From: a virus
IMG/VR virus record: IMGVR_UViG_3300042914_002334
Location: 77,003-141,002 of that record
Reading direction: 5' to 3' (one strand)
Length of the DNA: 64,000 nucleotides
Shown here: positions 1-9,848 of the stretch, piece by piece
Numbering within the stretch: position 1 is the stretch's first letter
How the letters are laid out: each line of letters starts with the position of its first letter
The notes under the pieces: model-generated
Database searches by the model: none
What the model saw: only the letters and a program-made list of their open reading frames with translations
What the model was told of the DNA's origin: nothing
Translations under genes and position numbers: made by a program

Positions 1-18
1 ATAACAATTTCTGTCAAA

Positions 19-279
19 TCAGAGTTGATTCAGTTCCAGTTGCAATTCAGAAAAGTTCTTAAAAACTTGTGATCCAGTGCGACTGGACCGCAGAATTAGA
101 AAGTTTCGATTGTAAATCTCGACCGTGGCGTCAAGAGTTCGAGCACGGCCAAAAGTGATACTCAAAAACTTGACGCCCTTTTTGTTGATATGACTACCTG
201 TAAGAATTCCGTATGGGGCCGTAAAGTTCTGAGACTTGGCCCACGCTTCTATGGAAGAAAGAATTTCTTGACTGTTCAT
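19..279 (-). CDS. hypothetical protein (86 aa; start revised from 345 to ATG at 279)
   Basis: ATG at 279 directly follows the stop (281) of an upstream small ORF; no recognisable motif. Confidence 0.6.
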   Translation of the reverse strand: MNSQEILSSIEAWAKSQNFTAPYGILTGSHINKKGVKFLSITFGRARTLDATVEIYNRNFLILRSSRTGSQVFKNFSELQLELNQL

Positions 280-280
280 G

Positions 281-394
281 TCAGCCGAACTCCGAATAGA
301 TTTCCATGTCAGTTTCGTATCGCTCGACAAATGCAAAAATTGCATCGTCGTCTTGCGACTCTTGAACTTGAGTTTCGATGTTGTCAGAATTCAT
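281..394 (-). CDS. small acidic hypothetical protein, 37 aa (MNSDNIETQVQESQDDDAIFAFVERYETDMEIYSEFG), not in ORF track
   Basis: GGAG Shine-Dalgarno 6 nt upstream of ATG; sigma70-type promoter just upstream; stop abuts next start. Confidence 0.6.
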   Translation of the reverse strand: MNSDNIETQVQESQDDDAIFAFVERYETDMEIYSEFG

Positions 395-417
395 TTCCGT
401 CTCCAACTAATAAAGAG

Positions 418-446
418 AGTTTATCAAAACTCTTATTTATTGTCAA
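418..446 (-). promoter_or_regulatory. sigma70-type early promoter
   Basis: TTGACA (446-441), 17 nt spacer, TGA-TAAACT extended -10 (423-418). Confidence 0.6.
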
Positions 447-898
447 ACAGAAAAATCCTCCATCCCAGAAACCTTTAGACGAACCAGATGCCCTAACATA
501 AAGTTTTTTGACTCTAAACCTTTCATCACTGCAAGATATCTGTTTCTAAGTAATGCGACCTCGTTGCAAAGCATTTCAGTATCGATTACTTCCTTTTCTC
601 CTTCGACATATCTATCAACATCACGACTTGATAAAGCTCGTTGATAATTCTCCAGATATTTTTTAAAGTAAGAACTTTTGACTTTCTTTAGTTCTAAATT
701 AAGAAAATTCAAAACCGCTTCTACGGTTTGAAGTTGACTAAACCTCAAGTCAGTTATTCCTGGAAGTGCGGCAATATTTTTTTCTATGTTTCCTTTGATG
801 CTTACTTCCTGCTGAGCCGCCACTAACTCATTATCGTAATAAGAAAGAAAATCTGGCAATAATGCCAGATTTTGAGTGACATTGTGATACCAACTCAT
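443..898 (-). CDS. uvsY: UvsY-like recombination mediator
   Basis: 151-aa helical protein with YQRALSSRDVDRYVEGE motif typical of T4-like UvsY; downstream of uvsX. Confidence 0.75.
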   Translation of the reverse strand: MSWYHNVTQNLALLPDFLSYYDNELVAAQQEVSIKGNIEKNIAALPGITDLRFSQLQTVEAVLNFLNLELKKVKSSYFKKYLENYQRALSSRDVDRYVEGEKEVIDTEMLCNEVALLRNRYLAVMKGLESKNFMLGHLVRLKVSGMEDFSV

Positions 899-905
899 TT
901 AGATA

Positions 906-1169
906 TCATTCATCGTAATCTGATTCATAGTCAATATGATACGAATCATCGTCGTCAATTTCTTCCGAAGTATCTTCGACATAGAATTTAATGGCATCCA
1001 ATACCTCGGCGTCACCATCAAATTCTTGTCTAATGTCATCTAAAGAATAATCATTATCCATAAGAATGATAACAAGATTGTCTGCGAGTTGCGCCTTATC
1101 TTCTGGAAGAACATACTCGCTCATTAGATTCCATACATCCGCAATTGCGGTTAAGGTTGATTTACTCAT
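906..1169 (-). CDS. small acidic hypothetical protein
   Basis: 87 aa, D/E-rich tail, overlaps uvsX stop (coupled operon). Confidence 0.7.
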   Translation of the reverse strand: MSKSTLTAIADVWNLMSEYVLPEDKAQLADNLVIILMDNDYSLDDIRQEFDGDAEVLDAIKFYVEDTSEEIDDDDSYHIDYESDYDE

Positions 1170-2220
1170 CTGCTGTTTCCTCCATAGTTTCTGTAGTAGT
1201 CACTTTAGTTCCAAATTCACTCATTACCAAATCCATAATTCCATTCTCGTTTCTGTTCCACTCTTTTCTGAAATACTTATGAATTTCTCCATTGTTATCA
1301 GTATAAGTGTAGCGATTGCCTTCTTTCTTGATCAATTGTCTCTTTTCAATTAGATCAAAAAATCCGCTGTAAGGATTCATTCCAGTTTCGTATGGAATCT
1401 GAATCTGAATATCTTCGAACGGCTTAGCGTATCTGGTCTTCATAATTTTGCATCCAGCACGAATGCCCAATACATCAGTTACCTTGTTGCCGTCTTCGTC
1501 TTCCTTTAGTTTCAATTTCTTCATTGCAACTAAAATAGAACTGGCATATACGAAGCCTTGTCCGCCACTTACTACTGGGTCGGGATTATATGGGTCTTGA
1601 GATGCATAACTATGATTGGTGGCAACTAATCCAACATTATGATTACCAAACATATTGACGCAATTGGTAACCAGTGCCTTGAGAGCCTTTGCCTTTCGTC
1701 CCATATCTCCTTTAAGATCGCCTGCCTCAAACTGATTGAGTTCAGTAGGCGACATCAGCATGCCCAGCGAGTCAACAACGAACAGGACTTTGAAGCGACT
1801 CTCTGCGGGCAATTCCTTATAGTCACTCATGAACTTTGAAATAGTTTTAGCTACATCGTCGATCATGGACATGTTAAGTTTTAGAATTTTGTCTTCACTT
1901 GTGTCAACTCCTAACGCTTTGAGCCAGCTTTCGTCAAGCGCATTTTCGGAATCAATTAGAATAACAAAAATTCCTTGCGCTTGCGCGTTACGAACTAAAT
2001 TGCCACTACATATGTAGGACTTGCCGCTGCCGCTTTCTCCAGCAAACACAGTCACCTTACCCAGTGGCACACCCTTATTGAAGTCACCACTAATAAGATA
2101 GTTGAGTGAGTAGTTGCCCGTGCTGACCCAATCAGTCGGGTCCGAGAAGCCAATGGACAGCCCATCAATTGACTTTGTTATTTCTTTACGGAACTTGGAT
2201 AGATCAAATGGTTTCGTCAT
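1162..2220 (-). CDS. uvsX: UvsX RecA-like recombinase
   Basis: Walker A GESGSGKS, IDSENALD, VVDSLGML, SGGQG motifs of the RecA family. Confidence 0.95.
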   Translation of the reverse strand: MTKPFDLSKFRKEITKSIDGLSIGFSDPTDWVSTGNYSLNYLISGDFNKGVPLGKVTVFAGESGSGKSYICSGNLVRNAQAQGIFVILIDSENALDESWLKALGVDTSEDKILKLNMSMIDDVAKTISKFMSDYKELPAESRFKVLFVVDSLGMLMSPTELNQFEAGDLKGDMGRKAKALKALVTNCVNMFGNHNVGLVATNHSYASQDPYNPDPVVSGGQGFVYASSILVAMKKLKLKEDEDGNKVTDVLGIRAGCKIMKTRYAKPFEDIQIQIPYETGMNPYSGFFDLIEKRQLIKKEGNRYTYTDNNGEIHKYFRKEWNRNENGIMDLVMSEFGTKVTTTETMEETADE

Positions 2221-2222
2221 AA

Positions 2223-2368
2223 TTATTTCCTAAAATAGCAATCTTGATATTTTTCATCTGTTGAATTTAATCTTTTTCTAATTGTTGGTTCACTGATATT
2301 CATCGCTCGGGCAGCCTACATGATACCGTCAAAATCACCAAGTATGTAGGATCGAAGGGTTTTGTCAT
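2223..2368 (-). pseudogene. remnant of a homing-endonuclease-like gene inserted at the uvsX 5' end
   Basis: Starts with a second copy of uvsX codons MTKPFD; another frame reads LGDFDGIM*AARAMNISEPTIRKRLNSTDEKYQDCYFRK* (NUMOD1/HTH-like) with an internal stop. Confidence 0.6.
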
Positions 2369-2370
2369 GT

Positions 2371-2610
2371 TTATTTTCCGTTTACTGCTTGCTTGTTATT
2401 ATACAAGCCAAAGAGTTGTTTGTCTAACAATTCCGGGCAACGATCTGCAAGTCTTTCAAATTCGTATTCCGAAGGATAGTGACGCAATACTCCTCGTGCT
2501 CGTTGTCTAACGATTCCAGGAACTCTTGGTGTTTTACCTGGGTCGCACAATTCTTCTAATAGTTTCTTGCCTTGTTTCAAGGCAAGAAACCTCTCGTCTG
2601 GTAGAGTCAT
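2371..2610 (-). CDS. conserved hypothetical protein (resembles BPSL0761-family small proteins)
   Basis: MTLPDER...RQRARGVLRHYP pattern; AGGAG SD upstream. Confidence 0.6.
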   Translation of the reverse strand: MTLPDERFLALKQGKKLLEELCDPGKTPRVPGIVRQRARGVLRHYPSEYEFERLADRCPELLDKQLFGLYNNKQAVNGK

Positions 2611-2630
2611 GTTTTTCTCCTAAAATAGAT

Positions 2631-2654
2631 AGTAGAGGCATTTCTGCCTCTACT
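2631..2654 (-). terminator. hairpin / probable intrinsic terminator after gp32
   Basis: 10-bp stem AGTAGAGGCA/TGCCTCTACT with GAAA loop on minus strand, weak U tract. Confidence 0.55.
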
Positions 2655-2660
2655 TGTTCA

Positions 2661-3740
2661 TCACGCTGGTTTGTTTTGGCGAGAACGAATCATTGCAAGT
2701 AGGTCTTGCGTCTTGCTGCCTGAAGCAGGCTGCGATGTCGATGCAGAAACTTGACTGACTCGCATAGTTTCATACTCAGTAGTGTCCCAAGGCGGAGAAT
2801 CGTCCTCGACAGTTGATGCAGCCTTTTGAACTGTCTGAGTTGGGTTAGAAACCGGAACACTTACTTTCTTTACAGACTCATAAGAACCTTCTTCGCCCAC
2901 TACATCATCAGAAGATGATCCACCGGTTTGAAGTCCCCATGGCTTGTAGTATGCTGCCCACTTATCTGGGTCATACATGCGTCCGTCAACACTTGCCTCA
3001 AATAGGTCCTTGATGATCTTCAATTCGCTTTCGCTTGGTTCCTTTGGAAGGAAATCACGAAGATTGTAAAGACCGTGCAATTCAATCGCGGCGCGTTCCG
3101 CCTCTGTTAGTGCAGTAGGGCCCTTCATAAATGCCCAATCACTGGTAGACCAGTCGGCATAGCCACCTGGGTTCTTAGTGCGAATGACCTTAAAATCAAG
3201 ACCTTGATTGAAGTCGCTTGGCATGACATTAAAGTCGGGGTCTAGCAAACTCTTCTTGATGTTCTTGAAGATTTGAGGAGTTACGATGAAGCGGCGAATT
3301 GGATTCTCTGGGGTTTCGTCATCTTGAAGACCATTCTGACGAACGAAACCTTGAAGAATATAACTACGCTTCTTCCAATACTTGTTTGCAGTTTCTTCCA
3401 AGGACTTATCCTTATACCAAGTGCGAACTTCTGCAAGAAGTGGGCACTTTTTGGATTCTCCATACATTTCGATGCATGGAACTTGAACCACAACTTCCTT
3501 GTTTTCGTTTTGACCCTTGATGCCAGCGAATGGCAATTTGATCATTTGTCGTTCTGTCCAGAAGTAAACATTTTCTGAGTCTGCATCTGGAAGAAAACGA
3601 AGCAAAGAACTCGATCCGTCTGTTAGGTTCCAGTGCGGAAAGATGGACTTGTCTCCACCGATTTTCTTAGATTGTTGTTGATTTTGTTGTGAACGATTTT
3701 CTTGTGCCTGTAGTTTGGCACGCAATGCGGCTAATGACAT
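2661..3740 (-). CDS. gp32: single-stranded DNA-binding protein (start revised to MSLAALRAK at 3740)
   Basis: LRFLPDAD, PCIEMYG..CP, YWKKRSY, GYADWSTS motifs; low-complexity tail ending LLAMIRSR; GAAGGAG SD. Confidence 0.9.
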   Translation of the reverse strand: MSLAALRAKLQAQENRSQQNQQQSKKIGGDKSIFPHWNLTDGSSSLLRFLPDADSENVYFWTERQMIKLPFAGIKGQNENKEVVVQVPCIEMYGESKKCPLLAEVRTWYKDKSLEETANKYWKKRSYILQGFVRQNGLQDDETPENPIRRFIVTPQIFKNIKKSLLDPDFNVMPSDFNQGLDFKVIRTKNPGGYADWSTSDWAFMKGPTALTEAERAAIELHGLYNLRDFLPKEPSESELKIIKDLFEASVDGRMYDPDKWAAYYKPWGLQTGGSSSDDVVGEEGSYESVKKVSVPVSNPTQTVQKAASTVEDDSPPWDTTEYETMRVSQVSASTSQPASGSKTQDLLAMIRSRQNKPA

Positions 3741-3826
3741 TTTTAATCTCCTTCTAAATTGTAAAAAGTGTATTATAAACCAAGATATAAAGTGTAGTTG
3801 TCGGAGACAACACGACTTATGATTCA

Positions 3827-3865
3827 AGTATAAGATACTTTCGTCATCTGTCAATAGTATTTATC
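3827..3865 (-). promoter_or_regulatory. tandem sigma70 promoter and gp55-type late promoter for gp32
   Basis: TTGACA (3854-3849), 16 nt, TATACT (3832-3827); GATAAATA at 3865-3858. Confidence 0.65.
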
Positions 3866-3900
3866 ACTAATTTGGTAAAGTAGATAAAAATGTTCAAAAA

Positions 3901-5907
3901 TTATGTTTTGTGTCCCATCCACTTTTTTAATTTCTTAAGTTGGATGTCGTATTCCTCAGAGTCATCTGGCTCTGAAGTTTGTTGGTTGGCCTGACTTAAT
4001 GGACTAAGGCTTCCGCCCCCAAAGTAATCTGGATTATCTGCCTCGTTTAGTCCTCCAAGAACTCGATTCAAAATTGCTTTAATCTTTTTTGGTGCCTTGG
4101 CCAATGGATACAAGTCGCTGATAATATCTGTTCTGATGTCATCGTCAGCCGATGTATACATATTTCGTATTTTGCTGGCGCTATCAATAACTTGTCCTGC
4201 AATCTCAAAATCGATTTTTGGAACAATATAAATGTATCCGTGTTTGCTCATTGATTGATCGGAGTCATCTGAATATTGCTGAAAGTAGGAAGGACTTCCA
4301 TCCTTTTTTGGAGCAAAATTAAATCTATCGCTGTCCTTTTCACTGACTGCAAATACCAATATAGTATTTTCTGGATCGTAGTTACTTGTAATCTCGTTTG
4401 CCTTATATGGACTCTTTACTTGCACAAATCGGTCTTTTGGAACACCGCTTTGATTGGCAAGAAATTTTTTATCATCAAAACCAAATGGTCGTTCAGTTTT
4501 AGTGTCAGTGGCCGCCACGAACACTTCTCCACTTGGAAATTTATGTGCTAGATGATCAAATACACTTGCGTGTCCTAAGTGAAATGGATGAAATCCACCT
4601 GGGTAAATGACTAAAACTTTCTTATCGTCAATATTTTCTTTAAGAGTCGGTTGCGCTGATTGTGGTCGTTGTTTGGCTAATCTTGCTTGTGCGTTTTGTC
4701 TGCTAAAACCAAGACGATCTACTATTTTTATTCCGCCACTTACGAATCCTTCTTGACTAGCAGTCATTTCACCATCAGACGTAGTAGATCGTAAATAGCC
4801 CTGTAATGGACTTTGTTGTGCCGCTTTTTCTAGCGATGGAATCAAACTCATTTTGTATCTATAAACTTTTATCCAATTATCCCATATTTTGCTAATAATG
4901 CTGCGATTTTTTTCGTAGTAGTCAATTAAGGCTTCATATTTTCTACGTGATATTGGAAGCTTTGGTTTTGCCAATTCCGAATCCAATCTCAATTTGTAAG
5001 CAGTATCAAATCCAGAATCTAGTGTTTTTAGATCAAGTTTCCCAACATTGATTAATCCATTTACGTAAGTAGTAAATCTGTTGGCAAAATTAGTAGCAGA
5101 TTCGGGCGCGCCTGTAATAAACTTTTTAATCGCTGAGTCATCCGATATAGTTGATTCTGCGACAGATTTTAGTTGTTGATTTACGTTTATAGTTGGAGTC
5201 ACTGGCATACGAACAGGCAACAGTGCTACGTTTCCACGACGACGTAATTTTCCTAATCCTGATAGCCAAGTGATATTACTTTCTGTGGTTGCCGCATTTG
5301 GTGGCAAGTATCTATGTATAGCTATTCCAGCAATTTTATCACGTAAATATTCTCCAAGATCGCTATCAACCGGAACACGATACATTAGTCCTTCTGGGTT
5401 AGCTTGAAACTGATAAACCCGATTTGAATTTATATTTTGTACGGTCAGTGGCTTGCTAGGATAGAATATTAAGTCTCCCATATACCAACCAGTATTACCA
5501 CTATAAGAGGCTTCCAATGATTTCCAAAGTGATGCGACTGTTCTAGACAAATCTGTTCTTGCCTTTTCTCCACGAGCCGCTTCTCGTTGTGCGAATTCTT
5601 CTGGGCTATAAACGGCACGATTTTCGCGATTGGAGCTATTAAACATATGCTTGTCTAGTATAGCAAATCTTCCATCTGACCCACTACCGAATACTAGTGC
5701 TGGCCATCCATCTATTTTTATAGTTACCGCTTGTGGACGCTCTATAGTCGCATTTAGTCCAGCTATTGCTTGAGATAGCGGAGTATATACTTGACCTTTC
5801 CCAGCTTCTAGTCCGCCCCAGATCACCATGTCTTCTGGGTGATCCATATGTCCAGCGGCCTCTAATAGAAGCGTTTTATTTTCTAATATAAGTTCTCTGG
5901 ACAACAT
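3901..5907 (-). CDS. fusion of an RNA-ligase-like nucleotidyltransferase (DUF6267-like) and a HIGH-motif cytidylyl/adenylyltransferase; putative head-packaged protein
   Basis: TIKIDG (KxDG), YMGDLIF, QEGFV..KIV ligase-type motifs; YPGGFHPFHLGH and SASKIR motifs of the HIGH superfamily. Confidence 0.7.
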   Translation of the reverse strand: MLSRELILENKTLLLEAAGHMDHPEDMVIWGGLEAGKGQVYTPLSQAIAGLNATIERPQAVTIKIDGWPALVFGSGSDGRFAILDKHMFNSSNRENRAVYSPEEFAQREAARGEKARTDLSRTVASLWKSLEASYSGNTGWYMGDLIFYPSKPLTVQNINSNRVYQFQANPEGLMYRVPVDSDLGEYLRDKIAGIAIHRYLPPNAATTESNITWLSGLGKLRRRGNVALLPVRMPVTPTINVNQQLKSVAESTISDDSAIKKFITGAPESATNFANRFTTYVNGLINVGKLDLKTLDSGFDTAYKLRLDSELAKPKLPISRRKYEALIDYYEKNRSIISKIWDNWIKVYRYKMSLIPSLEKAAQQSPLQGYLRSTTSDGEMTASQEGFVSGGIKIVDRLGFSRQNAQARLAKQRPQSAQPTLKENIDDKKVLVIYPGGFHPFHLGHASVFDHLAHKFPSGEVFVAATDTKTERPFGFDDKKFLANQSGVPKDRFVQVKSPYKANEITSNYDPENTILVFAVSEKDSDRFNFAPKKDGSPSYFQQYSDDSDQSMSKHGYIYIVPKIDFEIAGQVIDSASKIRNMYTSADDDIRTDIISDLYPLAKAPKKIKAILNRVLGGLNEADNPDYFGGGSLSPLSQANQQTSEPDDSEEYDIQLKKLKKWMGHKT

Positions 5908-5908
5908 A

Positions 5909-7636
5909 TTATTTAATCCACTTTGCTACCTGTTCTCCAACAATCGTGTCTACCATTTTATCAATTGATTCTCTAAAAAGATCGATAGGGGGTAGTGTCG
6001 ATGGCTCATCCGGTTCTAAATGCAACTTTCGAAATTCACGATTAGGTGCGCCACGAGTGTTTAATGGTTCTGGGTTTTTATCACCTTTAGATTTGTCCAA
6101 AAATGCTAAAGTGTTAAGAAGTCTATTTAATTCTAATATTGTGTGTTTAAGAATTATTTTAGAAAACGATCTGTCAGTAGTCAACTCATTTAAACTTTTA
6201 ACGCTGTGATTCGACGATAATCGAACTAATAAATGCAACATAATCGCCTCGGTCGTGTCTGCCAACCGAGTATATTTTTTATCACTTTTTATTTTAACTA
6301 AATCATTTTCCAAGAATCGTAGCACATTAGTGAACAGACGTATAATTGCATCTGCATGCTTATTTTCGTCTTCGTCCGTAGAATCAAGAAGAGAGTTTAG
6401 AGTTAGTACACTCTTGATGTATCGTTCTACAGAGGCTCTGGGAAGCCCAGTTGTGCTCCAAATTTCGTATGGATCAGCCATCTCATTTAACTGATATTTT
6501 TTGTTTTCTTTAAGTTCACTCATTTCTGGCTCTTTTTCAGTTTGAATTTTGCCTGCACCAAATCGTTTTAAGATATTGCGTGCTTTATACTCTGCATCTT
6601 GTTCTTGATCGGGAGTAAAACTAGGCTTAACGTATGGTTCATCTTTTTTTGTTTTCATAGACGAAATTATTGAGATTTTGTCGTTCAGCGCATCAAGTTT
6701 ATTGGAAACTGTATCAAAATTTACAGTGGTCGAGTTGACGAAATCGGGAAATTCTTCGTCAGTTACACTCAGAATTTTTGGCAAATCTTTGTTTAAAAAG
6801 TTTTTAATCAAAGTGCTTGCTTGTTTACTTCTCTTACCAACCGCTTTGCGATATTTTTGTGTTCTGTCAGAAGATATTGCCTGTTTAACTTTATCTTCTA
6901 TTTCTTTTCCTATTTCTTTTTCTCGTTGCTCTAACTCTTGTTGTTTCTTTTCTATCTGAGCAATTTTTCCACTCACATCTGCTTTTTGTGTTTCTATGTC
7001 TTTTTGCTGTGATGTTACTTTTGCAGCAACATCGCCGAGTTGTTTTAACTTTTCTTTTTCTAATGATTGTTCACCAGACATTGTTTTAATCTGACTTACG
7101 AGATTAGTAAACTCTTGTGGGTTTATTTTTTCGATATTTTTCTTAGCGTATTCCAAATCTTGCTTTAATTGATTATATTGCTCATCGTTCATTCCTGGCT
7201 TATTTTTTAACTCTTCTACCTGAGCCAGTGCTTTTTCTACCTCTGTTGCATTTACTTTTCTTTGCTCAACGTCAGTTGATATTTTTCCACTTAGAGTTTT
7301 TAATCTGTTTATTTCAGCGTCAGATTGCTCTCCTGATTGAGCAACCGTTTCTAACTCTTGCTGCATTTTTGTTAGATTAGAGGTTAGTTTCGCGTTTTCT
7401 CTTCGCTGAGCGTTTATAACGGCGTTTTGCTCTAAATCTCTCGTGTCAAACTGCTTTAACTTATCGTCCAGATATAATCCAAGAGCCTGATCTTTTGTTA
7501 GTTCTGGATATGATCTTGTGGCCTGATAAACGATATCACGATCACGAGAAATAGACTTTTCTATTCCAGTTTTTGGATTTACAGCAGCCTCGTATATGTC
7601 ATTTGCCCAACTTTCAAAATCTCTAAGTTGTTTCAT
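5909..7636 (-). CDS. coiled-coil protein, putative internal head protein
   Basis: 575 aa, long Q/E/K-rich heptads, several [IL]xE sites; in late head operon. Confidence 0.6.
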   Translation of the reverse strand: MKQLRDFESWANDIYEAAVNPKTGIEKSISRDRDIVYQATRSYPELTKDQALGLYLDDKLKQFDTRDLEQNAVINAQRRENAKLTSNLTKMQQELETVAQSGEQSDAEINRLKTLSGKISTDVEQRKVNATEVEKALAQVEELKNKPGMNDEQYNQLKQDLEYAKKNIEKINPQEFTNLVSQIKTMSGEQSLEKEKLKQLGDVAAKVTSQQKDIETQKADVSGKIAQIEKKQQELEQREKEIGKEIEDKVKQAISSDRTQKYRKAVGKRSKQASTLIKNFLNKDLPKILSVTDEEFPDFVNSTTVNFDTVSNKLDALNDKISIISSMKTKKDEPYVKPSFTPDQEQDAEYKARNILKRFGAGKIQTEKEPEMSELKENKKYQLNEMADPYEIWSTTGLPRASVERYIKSVLTLNSLLDSTDEDENKHADAIIRLFTNVLRFLENDLVKIKSDKKYTRLADTTEAIMLHLLVRLSSNHSVKSLNELTTDRSFSKIILKHTILELNRLLNTLAFLDKSKGDKNPEPLNTRGAPNREFRKLHLEPDEPSTLPPIDLFRESIDKMVDTIVGEQVAKWIK

Positions 7637-7637
7637 T

Positions 7638-9062
7638 TTACGCTCCGAATTTTAACCCGCTCAATTTTCTAATTCTTGCCAATTCGTCTTCTTTCAAATC
7701 TAAAGGAGGAGCAATTCCCATCTTAGAAGATGCTGGTTCCTGACCAGATTTTGAGCCCATTGATTGCGACTTCTGTGGTGATTGTTTCATTGGACTTGGC
7801 TCTGGGACAGGATTAGATGGCTCAGGCTCATTTTTCACTTCATCTTCTGGCTCAGAGAAATTTTCCTTTTCTTGCAATCTGTCAAGCACATTCTTGAATT
7901 CCGAACGATCATGATGCTCTTCAATCCATCCGATAATAATAGGCTTAGAATCCAAATCTGGGTTTCCAGAAGCCTTTCTTAATCTATCAAACAACTCATC
8001 GTCATCAATATATTGTTTGATTTGTTCTATTGAATTAATTCCATCTGGTCCCACTGGCAATTCTTCACTCGAAGATAAAAGTTCCACTAATTCTTCTACT
8101 TGTGCATCATTTGACAAATCTTCTTCTAATGATGCGTCTTCTGTAATTGCAGTTGGCTTAAGACGACTAAGAACGGAGAACGCTGATTCTATTCTTGGGT
8201 CCAACTTTTGTTGAGTAAACATCTCAGTGAAATTAGTTATCTCATTCGACTCTTCCATTAGAGTTGGAGTCCAATTTTCAAAATAATTTCTGAATCCGCG
8301 ACTGCTGCGAAGTTTTTTCATTGTTTCTCTCAGTCGAATGTATTCACTTGCCGCTTCGTGAATCATCATATTCACGCTTTCATTGAATTGTCCGTTGCGG
8401 GTTGCTCTAATAAATCCGCCTAATTTTTTAATGTCTTCACACATTTGCGCGATGTGTTTACCACGCTCGTCGTATGGGTTGCCACCTTCTGCGATCAATC
8501 TTGCAAAAGCATATCCTTCACTTGGTTTCTTAGTTGGTAAAACAAATCTTTCACCAAACTGATTTTCAACAAATATTTGATCCACATGTCTAAATCGTTG
8601 ATCGGTTTCTTCCATTTGTTTATTGTGTTTAATAACCATCTTTACTGATTCGGGGGTAGAGTCGCTATAACTTTTTGTTTTTGTTCCAAAGTATCCTTCA
8701 TTGATACCCTTTCTATACTCTCTTCTCTCCATCCAGTCATTAAAATTATCAAGTGCGTCTAACTTGAACGATAGTGCCTTTCTGGTTGCCCAATTACTCA
8801 TGTCTTCAACAAAATCTGTCCATTGAGGAGTGACCTCTTTGATAGCGTTCTTGCTAAAGAATATAATCAATTCTTTGACATCATTGATTGCCGCAATAAA
8901 GGTTCCGTGTTTTACTTTTTTAGTCTTGAATGTGAATTTAAAAGCAGTAGCGTTTTCTGCATTCACTGAAGATTTCAAGTCTTTGATTCCAATTGGATCA
9001 AAGTTCTTTATTTGTAGCTCATTTTTGAGTTCAACGTTTAGTGAGTCAATCGTCTTAGGCAT
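7638..9062 (-). CDS. conserved hypothetical, putative head/core-associated protein
   Basis: 474 aa; C-terminal DELARIRKLSGL resembles the scaffold C-terminus; late promoter GATAAATA at 9090-9083. Confidence 0.6.
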   Translation of the reverse strand: MPKTIDSLNVELKNELQIKNFDPIGIKDLKSSVNAENATAFKFTFKTKKVKHGTFIAAINDVKELIIFFSKNAIKEVTPQWTDFVEDMSNWATRKALSFKLDALDNFNDWMERREYRKGINEGYFGTKTKSYSDSTPESVKMVIKHNKQMEETDQRFRHVDQIFVENQFGERFVLPTKKPSEGYAFARLIAEGGNPYDERGKHIAQMCEDIKKLGGFIRATRNGQFNESVNMMIHEAASEYIRLRETMKKLRSSRGFRNYFENWTPTLMEESNEITNFTEMFTQQKLDPRIESAFSVLSRLKPTAITEDASLEEDLSNDAQVEELVELLSSSEELPVGPDGINSIEQIKQYIDDDELFDRLRKASGNPDLDSKPIIIGWIEEHHDRSEFKNVLDRLQEKENFSEPEDEVKNEPEPSNPVPEPSPMKQSPQKSQSMGSKSGQEPASSKMGIAPPLDLKEDELARIRKLSGLKFGA

Positions 9063-9112
9063 TTTTTAGTCCGTTTATATTATATTTATCTATGTTTGTT
9101 TAGCAAACACGA

Positions 9113-9841
9113 TTACGATGGTCCCATACGACCATCAAACAACGCTCTGACATCGCCTACGGTAAAATATCCGCGCTTTTTGATTTCTGGGCGTTCTCTA
9201 AAAACAGGATTTTGATCCCAAACACTACCGCGATTTAACTTATCAGCAGAAATGCTCTTAAACAACGGAATATTATATTGATTTTTTGCTCCAAGAACGA
9301 AACTGTCTGGTTTGTTATGAGTTATCACCGCTGGCATAAATGTTGACAGATAGATGTCGCTTGCTTTTGATCCAGGTGGTAGTTTTTTAACTTTGTAGTA
9401 TTTTAAAACCCAATCGAGTTGTTCAACCGCAGACATTTTTCTTAATGCTTCTGTTGTTGTTCCAAGATATTGAGCCGTTTTTGGCATAAACTGAATCAGT
9501 CCAGTTGCGCCAATTGCGTTTGTTTTACTTGGATCAAAAGTTCCTTTTGTTTCAAACCATATTACTTTAAACAAGTCTTGCGGATTTACTTGTAATGCGT
9601 TAGCGACTTGCTTTAATTTTGCTTGAAATTTTTCACTACGAGCATGTTCTTGCTCTGGATAATTTTTTTGAAGTCGTTCTACTTCTTGCGCGGTGCTGTA
9701 TTTCGAGGGGTCTGATTGTTGATTTTGATAATGTTTATATGCAAGACCACCTATGCCCATACCAGCAGCAATTGCCGCGGCAGTAGCATTTTGTTTCCAT
9801 CCTTCATCTACTTTAGATTCTACTATTTCTTTAACATGCAT
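9113..9841 (-). CDS. SLT-type lytic transglycosylase
   Basis: catalytic Glu in WFET, GATGLIQFM, EQLDWVLKYY motifs; N-terminus MHVKEIVES plus Ala/Gly hydrophobic stretch. Confidence 0.8.
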   Translation of the reverse strand: MHVKEIVESKVDEGWKQNATAAAIAAGMGIGGLAYKHYQNQQSDPSKYSTAQEVERLQKNYPEQEHARSEKFQAKLKQVANALQVNPQDLFKVIWFETKGTFDPSKTNAIGATGLIQFMPKTAQYLGTTTEALRKMSAVEQLDWVLKYYKVKKLPPGSKASDIYLSTFMPAVITHNKPDSFVLGAKNQYNIPLFKSISADKLNRGSVWDQNPVFRERPEIKKRGYFTVGDVRALFDGRMGPS

Positions 9842-9848
9842 CTATTAT

